Origin: Candidatus Moraniibacteriota bacterium
Lineage (GTDB): Bacteria; Patescibacteriota; Minisyncoccia; Moranbacterales; UBA1568
Reading direction: 5' to 3'
Length of the DNA stretch: 64,000 bases
Assembly (NCBI GenBank): GCA_030648835.1
Contig: JAUSGT010000001.1
Coordinates: 69,010 to 133,009 of the forward strand
Shown piece after piece: positions 20,300 through 30,191 of the stretch (its first letter is position 1; each line of letters begins with the position of its first letter). Made by a program: the position numbers and the translations under genes. The notes beneath the pieces were generated by a model. The model saw nothing but the letters and a program-made list of their open reading frames with translations, was not told the origin of the DNA and did no database searches.

Positions 20300-21717
20300 A
20301 AATACGAGAAAACAAAAGTGGGGTCAGAGGGTCGGCGCTGGTATACGGTCTTGTTATTTTGACGGTGGTTTCGATTGTCCTGACATCGATTATCGGTTTT
20401 GTGGCATCGCAGACCAAATATTCATTGCAGGTTCATTCTCGCGAAGAGGCGTTTCAGGTTGCCGAAACAGGCGTTCATTTCTATCGCTGGTATCTGGCGC
20501 ATACCGTGGATGGTCGGACGACGCAGCAGGTGAAAACTTTTTGGGCAACGGGCAACCCATACGGTGTCGCGACGCCCTATGAAGTGGAATACAAAGACCA
20601 ATCGGGAGTAGCCATCGGCAAGTATCGTCTGGAAGTCACTCCGCCGAGTGGTGGATCGACTATCGTCACGGTCAAGTCGACCGGGTGGCTGTACAAATAC
20701 CCGGAGGCTACCCGTGTTTTGGAAGTGCGTTTCAGACGGCCATCGTGGAGCGAGTACGTCGTATTGTCGAACAATAATATCCGCTTCGGGTCCGGCACGG
20801 ACGTACAGGGAAAAATCTTTTCCAATGGCGGTGTCCATTTCGACGGGGTTACGAACAATATCGTGTATAGCGCCGTGGGTACGTACTATGATTCGGATAA
20901 CGATGTACACGCCACCAAGCCTGGTGTCTGGACATCCTGGGCCAACGAATACAATACCACCATGGGAAGCGACGTTTTTTTGGCCGGGAAACGTTACCCG
21001 CCGGACTATTCGATCGCGACTATCCCGTTCAGCTCGGTGTATGGAGATCTCAATCTGATGAAAGCGGATGCGACAACGGGCGGGACATATTTCGACAATA
21101 GCGGGCAGGGGAGACATATTATTCTGAAAACGAACGGCACATTCGATATCCGTATTGTGCAGAGCACCAACAGCAGCACCAACAACATCAATAATTATTC
21201 CGGGGCGTGGCAAAATCGTTCCATTCCGCAAGACGGGATTATCTTTGTTGAGGACAATGTCTGGTTGGAAGGGCAGGTCGATGGCCAGCGGGTGACAATC
21301 GCCGCCGCGAACCTCACTTCTTCAGCTTTGAAAAGTGTCTATATCAATGGAAATATCCGTTATACCAACTATGATGGGACGGATGGTATCGGCATCGTGG
21401 CTCAGAATGATATCGAAATCCCCAAGAACTCCCCGACCGATCTACGTATCGATGGAGCAGTGCTTTCACAGGAAGGCCGTGTTGGTCGCCAGCATTACAC
21501 GAATTCCAATTGTCATTCCTGGGCCTGTGAGGACCACAAGAACAGCATCACTATCTTTGGCGCGATGGCGAGCAATCAGCGCTACGGCTTCGCGTGGACG
21601 GACGGTACCGGCTATACGACGCGCAATCTCTACTATGACAATAATCTGTTTTATTTCCCACCGCCATATTTTCCGACCGGTACGCAGTACCAGATGGATT
21701 TGTGGGAGGAGAAATAG
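20296..21717 (+). CDS. PilX-like minor pilin
   Basis: RG/SALVYGLV N-terminus, AFQVAETGV, C-terminal WEE. Confidence 0.8.
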   Translation: MKIRENKSGVRGSALVYGLVILTVVSIVLTSIIGFVASQTKYSLQVHSREEAFQVAETGVHFYRWYLAHTVDGRTTQQVKTFWATGNPYGVATPYEVEYKDQSGVAIGKYRLEVTPPSGGSTIVTVKSTGWLYKYPEATRVLEVRFRRPSWSEYVVLSNNNIRFGSGTDVQGKIFSNGGVHFDGVTNNIVYSAVGTYYDSDNDVHATKPGVWTSWANEYNTTMGSDVFLAGKRYPPDYSIATIPFSSVYGDLNLMKADATTGGTYFDNSGQGRHIILKTNGTFDIRIVQSTNSSTNNINNYSGAWQNRSIPQDGIIFVEDNVWLEGQVDGQRVTIAAANLTSSALKSVYINGNIRYTNYDGTDGIGIVAQNDIEIPKNSPTDLRIDGAVLSQEGRVGRQHYTNSNCHSWACEDHKNSITIFGAMASNQRYGFAWTDGTGYTTRNLYYDNNLFYFPPPYFPTGTQYQMDLWEEK

Positions 21718-21721
21718 TGAG

Positions 21722-21815
21722 AGCTTTTTAGCTGATTAGCTTCTTAGCTGGTAGGTCACGGAGAATCTGGTTTTATGAATTATTTACAAGCTAAAAAGCT
21801 ACCAGCTACCAGCTA
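21722..21815. repeat. Inverted pair of TAGC-based 7/8-mer tracts
   Basis: AGCTTTTTAGCTGATTAGCTTCTTAGCTGGTAG ... AGCTAAAAAGCTACCAGCTACCAGCTAG. Confidence 0.65.
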
Positions 21816-21859
21816 GAAATGTGATACAATGAGTAAGAGAAAAATACATATCAAAAGCA

Positions 21860-22954
21860 ATGAGTATATTGCAGAAAAAAATTTTTGATCTTTTCCCGAG
21901 CGCCTTCGGACTGGACTTGAGCGATCTTTCGATGAAAGCGGTGTGGCTCAATCGGACCAGACAGAACGACTCTATTGCCAGTTTTGGGACGGTGCCACTT
22001 CCCGCGGGTAGCGTGATTGACGGTGAAATTATGAATAGCGAGGCGGTGGAGAGCGCCATTGCCACCTTGCTGGAAATATCCGGTCCCCAGAAAATAAAAA
22101 CTCGCCAAGTGGTGTGTTCATTGCCGGAAACGAAAGCTTTTCTGCGGATTATCTCTCTCCCCGCGATGGAAAAGGACGAGGTCAAAGAAGCCATCAAATG
22201 GGAGATCGAGGCGAACATCCCTCTGACACTTGATCAGGTGTACTATGATTGGCAGATTCTGGATCTCAACCTGACTCAGGAAAAAGGCAAGATAAGCGTG
22301 CTCGTGGTGGCGGTGGCGCGGAGTGTGGTGGATCAGTTCCAGACGGTACTGGCGACAGCCGGCTTGGAAGTGGTCGGTCTCGAAACGGAGTCTATTGCTC
22401 AGGCTCGGAGTCTTTTGGCCGAAAAAAACGAGAAACGCACGACGCTTATCATCGATATCGGCGATCGTCGGACGAGCTTTCTCATCGCTATCGGAAGTAC
22501 GCCGTGCTTCACCTCGAGCGTACCGCTTTCTTCACAGATGGTGACGGATGCCATTTCCAAGTCGCTGCATATTTCTTTCGATGAAGCGGAAGCGATCAAA
22601 ATTAGCCAGGGTTTGGGGTCACTCGCGCTCAAGAGCCCGGTTTTGAAAGCGGTCCTCCCGGTGCTCGAGAATATAGCCGTGGAAATCGAGAAGTCCATCG
22701 ATTTTTATCTGAGCAACCTCCACTATTCGGAAAATATCGACTCCATTGTGCTGTGTGGGGGAGGATCGAATATGCAGGGACTCTTGCCATTCCTCTCGCG
22801 CCGTTTGGGGAGACCGATCGAATTCGGCAATCCTTGGGTGAATGTGCGGCTTGGGGAACAGCTGCCGCTTATCGATCGCAAACATTCCGTACAGTATTCA
22901 ACCGCTATTGGCCTGGCGCTTCGAGGCCTCGATGAATATGAAGACTTTGCTTAA
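21860..22954 (+). CDS. pilM: Type IV pilus assembly protein PilM
   Basis: FGLDLSD, IIDIG, LCGGGS, AIGLALR actin-like motifs. Confidence 0.92.
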   Translation: MSILQKKIFDLFPSAFGLDLSDLSMKAVWLNRTRQNDSIASFGTVPLPAGSVIDGEIMNSEAVESAIATLLEISGPQKIKTRQVVCSLPETKAFLRIISLPAMEKDEVKEAIKWEIEANIPLTLDQVYYDWQILDLNLTQEKGKISVLVVAVARSVVDQFQTVLATAGLEVVGLETESIAQARSLLAEKNEKRTTLIIDIGDRRTSFLIAIGSTPCFTSSVPLSSQMVTDAISKSLHISFDEAEAIKISQGLGSLALKSPVLKAVLPVLENIAVEIEKSIDFYLSNLHYSENIDSIVLCGGGSNMQGLLPFLSRRLGRPIEFGNPWVNVRLGEQLPLIDRKHSVQYSTAIGLALRGLDEYEDFA

Positions 22955-23501
22955 CCTCCTGCCGGAGGAAAACAAGAAAAATATCCAGCGCAAGCTCCAC
23001 TTCCGCTTTTTTCTGTGGCAACTTTTTCTTATGTGTACTCTGGGAGTATTCTATCTGAGTATGCTCATGAGCATATATGTCATTCTCGATTTTCAGCTGG
23101 GGAGCCTGCAGGTGGCTGGAGAACAATATGATGTGACATACACGGAACAGGGGACGCTCAGCGTGTATCAGAAAAAATTCAAAGACACGAACGCGACCGT
23201 CGAGGTGATCGGAAAAATCGAAAAAAATCATTTCTCTTTTACGCAGGTATTTTTGATTCTTGATACACTGCTTCCGGAAGGGGTTGCTCTGGATCGTCTG
23301 ACCACCAAGAATTACACAGTTATGTTGGCCGGGCGCGCGGCTACACGGGACGATATTCTGACTCTGGAATCCCGTCTCGAGGAAACAGTCTGTGTAAAGA
23401 ACGTCAATGTGCCACTCTCCAACCTTTTTTCGCAGGAAAATATTGATTTTCAGATTGATTTTGAGATGCAAAAAGAGTGTTTGCAAAAAAGTACCTTATG
23501 A
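22938..23501 (+). CDS. pilN: PilN-like protein
   Basis: LNLLP motif, TM, position after pilM. Confidence 0.8.
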   Translation: MKTLLNLLPEENKKNIQRKLHFRFFLWQLFLMCTLGVFYLSMLMSIYVILDFQLGSLQVAGEQYDVTYTEQGTLSVYQKKFKDTNATVEVIGKIEKNHFSFTQVFLILDTLLPEGVALDRLTTKNYTVMLAGRAATRDDILTLESRLEETVCVKNVNVPLSNLFSQENIDFQIDFEMQKECLQKSTL

Positions 23502-24238
23502 TATTTACTCCATACAAAAAATATACCACGCGCATTATTCTCTTCGTCCTGCTTTTAGGCATGGTGGGCATTATTTGGTATGGTATAGTGCCTCTCAAAC
23601 AGGCCATATACGAAAAAATGAGGAGCATTCAGGAATTTTATGCCATGCGGGAGAATCGACAGAAACAAGTAGTGAGACTGCCGGAGCTCAAGGCACAATA
23701 TGACGTGATTCTTCAGAATGAAAAACTGCTTGACGTTCTCATTTCGGAAAACGAAATAGTGAATTCCGTGAAAACATTTGAAGGGATCGCCGATGAAACT
23801 CATGTCGAAATGAGCATTACTGCGAAAGAGAATGGGCAGATTACCGAATCGAAGAAGATCGTTGCCAAAGCGGATCAACCGGTCAAAGGAGACGCCGATG
23901 TTTCTTCAAAAAACAGCGCGGGCAAAGAGAAGTCCACGGATATCTTGAGTGACATCCCATTCGATTGGTACCTGTATCTGAATGTCAGAGTCCGGGGGCG
24001 CTACGAGGATGTTGTCGTATTTTTGCACAAGATGGAAACGCTTCCCATGGGACTCGACGTTATTCGCCTTGAGATGAGGAGGGGAGAGGCAGCGGATGCA
24101 GTTGGAAGCGTTTCCGGAAGCGGTATCAATCCTTTCCTGCTGTCGAGTGGCGATACACAAGCGGAACCTTCGGTTGCACAAAAGGATGTTTTTGAAGCGG
24201 TGTTCGATGTTTTGATATATGTGGATAAAAAAAATTAA
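23498..24238 (+). CDS. PilO-like protein
   Basis: N-terminal TM, coiled coil, GRYEDVVVFLHKME. Confidence 0.7.
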   Translation: MIFTPYKKYTTRIILFVLLLGMVGIIWYGIVPLKQAIYEKMRSIQEFYAMRENRQKQVVRLPELKAQYDVILQNEKLLDVLISENEIVNSVKTFEGIADETHVEMSITAKENGQITESKKIVAKADQPVKGDADVSSKNSAGKEKSTDILSDIPFDWYLYLNVRVRGRYEDVVVFLHKMETLPMGLDVIRLEMRRGEAADAVGSVSGSGINPFLLSSGDTQAEPSVAQKDVFEAVFDVLIYVDKKN

Positions 24239-24241
24239 TGT

Positions 24242-24586
24242 ATGACTATCCCATTCCCTCCCATTTTTAAAAAGTTATTGGGGAACTCTTCCTTGAGAGG
24301 CGCCATATTTTTCTGGTATCGGCGTTATAAAGTGGTTTTCTTTTTTGGTTTTCTTATTGTACTTTCGATCGGCGGATGGAATTGGTATCAGAGTCTCTAT
24401 CAATATCATTTCAGCGATGATGAGAAAAAACAATACATAGACTCATACTTCAGAGAAACAACTTTCAAGGAAACACAATTTCGCGAAACAATAGGCGATC
24501 TCAAGGCACGTGCTCTTCTGCACGAAAAGTGGCTTCCCCTGACACGCAATATCTTCGAGGGAAAAGGGATCCAGCCGAGAAAGTAG
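24242..24586 (+). CDS. Hypothetical single-TM protein ending the pilus operon
   Basis: Operon position, one TM. Confidence 0.65.
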   Translation: MTIPFPPIFKKLLGNSSLRGAIFFWYRRYKVVFFFGFLIVLSIGGWNWYQSLYQYHFSDDEKKQYIDSYFRETTFKETQFRETIGDLKARALLHEKWLPLTRNIFEGKGIQPRK

Positions 24587-24605
24587 TTTTCTCTCTGTTT
24601 TGATT

Positions 24606-24752
24606 CTCCTCATCACAAGTAACCTCCCCGGGCAGACACTCATTTCCCCCAGCGGGGAAACTCGTTGCGTGAACTTTTTTTGATCCGCCTGAGACGGCGG
24701 AACCGTGCTCAAAAAAACTTCAAGCCTCCCGGGAAGATTCTTGTGAGAGGAG
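24606..24752 (+). repeat. ~145-nt structured element, copy 4
   Basis: CTCCTCATCACAAG...CTTGTGAGAGGAG outer stem with the same core. Confidence 0.85.
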
Positions 24753-24832
24753 GGTATTTTGAGGCTCTCTCCATTGAATTTTTTGCGGGTTGAGATTGAC
24801 CCTATAGTTTTTTTTGGCTATACTGTCTGACT

Positions 24833-25879
24833 ATGATGCCAATTGCCAGAAAAGAACAATTTTTTTCACTCTTCCCCGAAGCGCCGGCATTCCGCTTTCG
24901 GCAGTTTGAAACGGCCCTTTTCGACCCGACTCTTCGGGATTTTTCCGGCATTTCCAATATGCCGCTTCCGATGCGTGAGACACTTGATAAACAGATGGCA
25001 TGGCTCAGTCTTCATCCGGCGCATGTTTTGGAGAGCGTAAAAAAAGATACGTATAAGGCCATTGTAGAGCTCGGGGATAAAACACGCGTGGAGACGGTGC
25101 TTATGCATAATGCCCGGGGACAATGGACCGTATGCGTTTCGGCTCAGGTGGGCTGCGCTATGGGCTGTACTTTTTGCGCTACGGGGAAAATGGGTTTCAC
25201 GCGCAATCTTCTTTCGGATGAGATCGTCGATCAGTATCGTTTTTGGAAAATATTCCTCCATAAGCAATCTGAAGCTTCCGGACGGATCAGCAATATTGTT
25301 TTTATGGGTATGGGAGAGCCTCTCGCCAACTATGACCATGTCAAAGAGTCCATCGGGCAGTTGCTGAGAGAGACGGACCTCGGGCCGACCCATATCACGG
25401 TCTCTACCGTCGGTCTGCTGCCCATGCTCCGGAAAATTGTCAAAGACCCCGAGTGGCCAGCCGTGCGATTGGCGGTGTCACTCCACAGCGCCGACTCCGA
25501 TACGAGAAAAGCTATGATGCCGAGCTCTTTCGATACGTTTTTGGAGGAGCTTCTGGAGTGGGCGAAAAGTTATTTCGAGAAGAACGAGAGCCGGCGCCGT
25601 CACCTCACTTTCGAGTATGTGATGCTCTCTAAAATCAATGACACAGAAAAACATGCGGAGGCGCTTATCCGTTTCGCACGCCGGGTCGGCAAAGTGCGTA
25701 TCAATCTGATTCCCTATAACTTTACCGGAAGCGTTTATCGGGACAGTCTGCCGGCTGATTTCGCGCGTTTCGAAACATTGCTCAAGGATGCCGGAGTGAC
25801 AGTGATGCGGAGGCGTACGATGGGCGATGATATTGCCGCCGCCTGCGGTCAACTGATCGTGGAAAAAGAAAAACAGTAA
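24833..25879 (+). CDS. rlmN: 23S rRNA m2A2503 radical SAM methyltransferase
   Basis: CVSAQVGCAMGCTFC, MGMGEP, DIAAACGQL. Confidence 0.92.
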   Translation: MMPIARKEQFFSLFPEAPAFRFRQFETALFDPTLRDFSGISNMPLPMRETLDKQMAWLSLHPAHVLESVKKDTYKAIVELGDKTRVETVLMHNARGQWTVCVSAQVGCAMGCTFCATGKMGFTRNLLSDEIVDQYRFWKIFLHKQSEASGRISNIVFMGMGEPLANYDHVKESIGQLLRETDLGPTHITVSTVGLLPMLRKIVKDPEWPAVRLAVSLHSADSDTRKAMMPSSFDTFLEELLEWAKSYFEKNESRRRHLTFEYVMLSKINDTEKHAEALIRFARRVGKVRINLIPYNFTGSVYRDSLPADFARFETLLKDAGVTVMRRRTMGDDIAAACGQLIVEKEKQ

Positions 25880-25892
25880 ACGAGGAGAAATT

Positions 25893-27041
25893 ATGGCAGA
25901 AACATATTTTATCAAAACTTTCGGGTGCCAGCAGAATGTGGCCGATTCCGAGCGCCTCGAGAGCTATTATACATCGCGAGGTTTCACGCGAGCGTCAGTG
26001 ATGGAAGAAGCGGATGTGCTTGTTTTGAATACCTGTGTCATTCGTGATCGGGCCGAGGAAAAAGTGTACGGGATGATCAAGAGTCTGCGTTTGCGATTGA
26101 AGGAAAAGTCGCCGCGTATCGTGGTGACCGGTTGTCTCATCGGCGCGGCCGCGCGGGTGCCGGGGGGAAAAATGATGAAACGACTGACCGGTCGTCTGCC
26201 GGATGTGGAGTTCCTGCCGCTGGAAGACGTGGGATTCGAATACGCCCCGGAGCGCGCCCCAGGCAAGATGGCGTCCATCGTCATTTCCAACGGCTGCAAC
26301 AATTACTGCGCTTTCTGTATCGTACCGTTTTCCCGGGGGCCTGAACGCTCGCGTCCGCTGGAGGATATTGTGGGTGAAGTACAGCACGCGGCAGCGGCAG
26401 GGTATAGCGAGGTGATGCTTTTGGGTCAGAACGTGAATTCTTATGGCGCTGATTTTTTGACCGAGACGATGAAGAAGAAAGAAAAGTATCGGCTGCCGAG
26501 TGGCGAGGAAGTCGTTCCTGTCATGGTCAAGCATCTCAACCGCCATCGCATCCCGACCCTCTTTCCGCATCTCTTGGAGCGGGTGGCGCAGATTCCGGGA
26601 ATCAAGGAAGTCTCTTTCATCTCTGCCAATCCGTGGGATTTTTCCGATGAGCTGATTGATGTGATTGCTCGTAATGAAAATATTGATCGTGTACTCCATC
26701 TGCCGGTGCAGGCGGGGAGCGATGCCGTATTGAAAAGTATGAATCGTTGGTACACCCGCGCCGAATATTTGGCATTGATCGACAAGATTCGCGCTCGCGT
26801 TCCGGGAGTGGAGTTCACGACGGATATCATCGTGGGGTTCCCGGGAGAAACGTTGGAACAATTTCAAGAGACGATCGATCTGGCCAAACAAGTCAATTTC
26901 GCAAAAACGTATATTGCCTGGTATTCGCCCCGGCCCGGGACAGCCGCCACCAAAGGAATGCGAGATGATGTGCCAATTATGGAGAAAAAGAGACGTTATA
27001 CCGAGCTAGATACCGTTACTTTCAAAGGAAAAAAGGCTTAG
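25893..27041 (+). CDS. miaB: MiaB-like radical SAM methylthiotransferase (no TRAM domain)
   Basis: TFGCQQN, NTC, VTGC, GCNNYCAFC, DIIVGFPGET. Confidence 0.85.
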   Translation: MAETYFIKTFGCQQNVADSERLESYYTSRGFTRASVMEEADVLVLNTCVIRDRAEEKVYGMIKSLRLRLKEKSPRIVVTGCLIGAAARVPGGKMMKRLTGRLPDVEFLPLEDVGFEYAPERAPGKMASIVISNGCNNYCAFCIVPFSRGPERSRPLEDIVGEVQHAAAAGYSEVMLLGQNVNSYGADFLTETMKKKEKYRLPSGEEVVPVMVKHLNRHRIPTLFPHLLERVAQIPGIKEVSFISANPWDFSDELIDVIARNENIDRVLHLPVQAGSDAVLKSMNRWYTRAEYLALIDKIRARVPGVEFTTDIIVGFPGETLEQFQETIDLAKQVNFAKTYIAWYSPRPGTAATKGMRDDVPIMEKKRRYTELDTVTFKGKKA

Positions 27042-27066
27042 AAAAGCCACTATCTGTCAACCATAT

Positions 27067-27095
27067 TTGACAGATAGTATTTTTTAGAGTATAAT
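27067..27095 (+). promoter_or_regulatory. Consensus sigma70 promoter overlapped by a 12-bp inverted repeat (27049-27078)
   Basis: TTGACA-17 bp-TATAAT; ACTATCTGTCAA-6-TTGACAGATAGT. Confidence 0.8.
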
Positions 27096-27148
27096 GTGAA
27101 ATCAGTACCTAAATTTTTTTAATGTCATGCCTACTTGAGGAGAGATCT

Positions 27149-27253
27149 ATGGATTGGGTATTCTGGATCAAAATGCTCCTGGTCATCGCATGTGTGGGGT
27201 TGGCAGCTGACATGCTTTACAATCCTTCAAAGAGAAAGGAGGGAGAAGAATGA
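27149..27253 (+). CDS. 34-aa single-TM peptide MDWVFWIKMLLVIACVGLAADMLYNPSKRKEGEE (not in ORF track)
   Basis: GAGGAG RBS, consensus promoter, own terminator. Confidence 0.6.
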   Translation: MDWVFWIKMLLVIACVGLAADMLYNPSKRKEGEE

Positions 27254-27261
27254 AAACGACG

Positions 27262-27303
27262 AAGCCGCCAAGGGTATCAATCCGAGGCGGCTTTAAATTT
27301 TTT
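27262..27303 (+). terminator. Intrinsic terminator
   Basis: AAGCCGCC...GGCGGCTT then T-rich. Confidence 0.65.
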
Positions 27304-27340
27304 CTTGTCGTTATGAAAGGGGAGGTGGTAGTATGGGTGT

Positions 27341-28153
27341 ATGCCAAAAAAACCACTCACCATCATCTCCTGGAATGTGAACGGCATCCGGGCAGTACAT
27401 AAGAAAGGCCTGTTTTTGCCGTTCATAGAAAAATACCGGCCGGATATTTTGTGTTTGCAGGAAACCAAAGCCCTCGAGGGTCAGGCGGAGATCGATTTGC
27501 CGGACTACGAAGAGTGTTGGAACTCGGCTGAGAGGAAGGGTTACTCCGGTACGGCCATATTCACTAAAGAAAAACCGTTAACTATTATCAATGGATTGCC
27601 TCAGGATATAATTAAAAAATTCCGTTTGGCACACGACGGCTATGGAGACCCGACGACGGAGGGGCGAGTTATTGCGGCTGAGTATCCGGATTTTTTTGTG
27701 GTGACGGTCTATACGCCCAATGCCAAAGAAGACTTGAGCCGTCTCAAGCTTCGCCACAAAGAGTGGGATCCGGCCTTTTTGGCATTTTGCAAAGAGTTGG
27801 AAAAAAAGAAGCCGGTCATATTTTGTGGAGACCTCAACGTCGCCCATACGGAAGATGATCTTGCCAATCCGAAACAAAATGTCGGCGAGCATGGTTTCAC
27901 GGACGAGGAACGGGGAGGTTTCGAGAATTTTATCAGTGCGGGATTTGTGGACACGTTTCGTCTGTTCCATCAGGGGAAAGGATTTTATTCGTGGTGGTCG
28001 CACTTCGCCAATGCGCGAGCCCGCAATGTGGGATGGCGCATCGATTATTTTTTGGTGAGTAGCGCACTCCAGTCGCGTGTGAAAGACTCTTTCATCCTTC
28101 CGGAAGTATTGGGGTCTGATCATTGCCCGGTAGGCATTACTCTAAAAATATGA
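27341..28153 (+). CDS. xth: Exodeoxyribonuclease III / AP endonuclease
   Basis: SWNVNGIRA, LQETK, GDLNVAH, GWRIDYF, GSDHCP. Confidence 0.95.
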   Translation: MPKKPLTIISWNVNGIRAVHKKGLFLPFIEKYRPDILCLQETKALEGQAEIDLPDYEECWNSAERKGYSGTAIFTKEKPLTIINGLPQDIIKKFRLAHDGYGDPTTEGRVIAAEYPDFFVVTVYTPNAKEDLSRLKLRHKEWDPAFLAFCKELEKKKPVIFCGDLNVAHTEDDLANPKQNVGEHGFTDEERGGFENFISAGFVDTFRLFHQGKGFYSWWSHFANARARNVGWRIDYFLVSSALQSRVKDSFILPEVLGSDHCPVGITLKI

Positions 28154-29376
28154 ATCCAAGTAAAAATACACCGCTCGCGGAGCGACTCAGACCGCAGACG
28201 ATAGAAGAATTTCTCGGGCAAGAGAAAGTTTTTGGCGAGGGGTCGTTTCTTCGCGATGCTATCAAGAATAACCGAGTTCCCTCGCTCGTCTTGTGGGGGC
28301 CGCCGGGGAGCGGCAAGACGACTTTGGCGAGGATCCTGTCAAATGCTCTCCAAGCGGAATTCATCCAGCTTTCTGCCGTCAGCAGCGGCAAAAAAGATCT
28401 ACAGGCGGTGCTCATTTGCGCTGAGGAGAATCATGAAAAAAATAAACAGACGATTTTGTTTCTCGACGAAATCCATCGTTGGAACAAGGCCCAGCAGGAC
28501 GCTCTCTTGCCGTTTGTCGAGTCAGGAAGATTGACCTTGATCGGCGCGACGACGGAGAATCCCAGTTTTGAAATAAACGCCGCTCTCCTTTCTCGGACAC
28601 GGGTGCTCGTTTTGGAAAAGCATACCAAGGATACGCTTGTCATTCTCCTGAAGCGGGCAGTAGCTGATGATCCGGAACTGAAGAAGAAAAAAATTACGGC
28701 ATCGGATGATACGCTGGCTTTCATCGCGGAAGTGGCGGGTGGTGATGCCAGGCAAGCGCTCAATATTCTCGAGGCTTGTGTCTCGCAGGAAAAAAATATC
28801 ACCCCGGAGTTGGTGGAGAAAATTGTGGCGCGTTCGCACATCCTCTACGACAAGGGCGGGGAACAGCATTACAATATCATTTCGGCGCTTCATAAATCCC
28901 TGCGGGGTAACGATGCCAACGCGGCACTCTACTGGCTCGGGCGGATGCTTGAGGCGGGGGAAGACCCGCTTTATGTGGCAAGGCGGCTGGTGCGTTTCGC
29001 CTCGGAAGATGTGGGGCTGGCGAATTCCTTTGCCCTGCCCCAGGCCGTGGCGGCTTTTCAGGCCTGTCAGATGCTCGGGATGCCGGAGTGCGAGATTCAT
29101 CTGGCACAGGCAGTCGTCTATCTGGCAGAGGCCAAGAAATCAAACGCCCTCTACATCGCCTACGGCAAGGTCAAGGAAGATGTGAGGAACTTCCCCAACG
29201 AGCCGGTGCCCTTGCATTTGCGCAATGCCAAGACATTGCTCATGAAAGAACTCGATTACGGCAAGGATTACAAGTATACGCCGGAGTACAAAACCAAAGA
29301 AGCCGCACAGCAGGAATATTTCCCCGACAAATTGAAAGGCAGGAAATACCTCGCTATCAAGTCGACAGAGAAATAA
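28150..29376 (+). CDS. rarA: Replication-associated recombination protein A
   Basis: [41 protein letters not shown]. Confidence 0.95.
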   Translation: MNPSKNTPLAERLRPQTIEEFLGQEKVFGEGSFLRDAIKNNRVPSLVLWGPPGSGKTTLARILSNALQAEFIQLSAVSSGKKDLQAVLICAEENHEKNKQTILFLDEIHRWNKAQQDALLPFVESGRLTLIGATTENPSFEINAALLSRTRVLVLEKHTKDTLVILLKRAVADDPELKKKKITASDDTLAFIAEVAGGDARQALNILEACVSQEKNITPELVEKIVARSHILYDKGGEQHYNIISALHKSLRGNDANAALYWLGRMLEAGEDPLYVARRLVRFASEDVGLANSFALPQAVAAFQACQMLGMPECEIHLAQAVVYLAEAKKSNALYIAYGKVKEDVRNFPNEPVPLHLRNAKTLLMKELDYGKDYKYTPEYKTKEAAQQEYFPDKLKGRKYLAIKSTEK

Positions 29377-29417
29377 CGGGGCTTGACGCTTGGGTTACTT
29401 TCCGTTACTCTTCAGCT

Positions 29418-29516
29418 GCGTTGCATCGGACTACCCCTGGCACTGAGCCGTCAAAGCTGCCTGGGAACCTCCTCCTCCCTTGCGCCGAGATCTCTCAGTG
29501 CTGGGGACCTTTTTTA
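29418..29516 (+). ncRNA. Candidate ~100-nt small RNA
   Basis: TTGACG-17-TACTCT promoter (29383-29411); stem 29434-29447/29494-29506; T-run. Confidence 0.4.
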
Positions 29517-29690
29517 TTCATCAAGATTTTTGAGATGGGGCGGGTCCGCCCGCTTGACGGAAGAACAAAACTTTGCTATCCTTCTTTGGCTCAGAATATG
29601 GGCGAAGGAGCTCTATCGGGCATAATAACGACCCCCACGAATTGTTTCGGGCCGTTTTAATTTTTCTGGTTCTTTTGACAGGGAGTAGTG

Positions 29691-29846
29691 ATGCATCCGC
29701 AACAGCAGATTATACAAGAACAAGGTTCTCTTGAACCGCATTTTATCGCGCGATTCTTACACCACGCGAAAACGTATCTGGGTACGGAAGGTATCCGGAC
29801 CTGGCCGGAAGACAAGACAGAGGAGGAAAACAATGGCGGAAGATGA
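29691..29846 (+). CDS. Possible 51-aa peptide MHPQQQIIQEQG...
   Basis: GGGAG RBS; promoter TTGACG-17-TATCCT at 29554-29582; overlaps next start. Confidence 0.3.
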   Translation: MHPQQQIIQEQGSLEPHFIARFLHHAKTYLGTEGIRTWPEDKTEEENNGGR

Positions 29847-30048
29847 ATGGAGAAAAATGACGATAGCCGCGGAAGCTGCCATCAGGGAGAAGAATATCGC
29901 GCGGGCGCTTGAAATCAGGAGTGAACTCTCGCAAGTCGCTGATCGCAGTCCGAAGATCAATCAATATTACCGGACTTTTTACGATCTCGTTTTGGCCATT
30001 CATTTTGGCCAGCCTGTACAGATTGAAAGGCTCTCCGCTTTGGCCTAG
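29833..30048 (+). CDS. Small helical hypothetical protein (71 aa)
   Basis: AGGAGG RBS before ATG 29833; hairpin plus T-run at ~30098-30128. Confidence 0.6.
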   Translation: MAEDEWRKMTIAAEAAIREKNIARALEIRSELSQVADRSPKINQYYRTFYDLVLAIHFGQPVQIERLSALA

Positions 30049-30191
30049 AGCCAGCCGGAAATCGGACGGAACGTCGGCATGTACATTCGGGGTTAGGAGA
30101 ACGTTTCCTGGCCCCGAGTTTTTGTTTTCTGGCGGGAACGAGCGGCAATGTGCTAGAATAATACATTCCTCATTCATTAAGGTTTTATACT

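Noticed and set aside
29378-29520. tmRNA, SRP RNA or 6S RNA
   Set aside because: No tRNA-like ends, no SRP GGAA/AGCAG domain IV motif, too short for 6S
29577-29640. Purine-riboswitch-like AATATGG...CTCTATC segment
   Set aside because: Lacks the CCGTAAA loop and P1 stem, and overlaps the predicted -10 box
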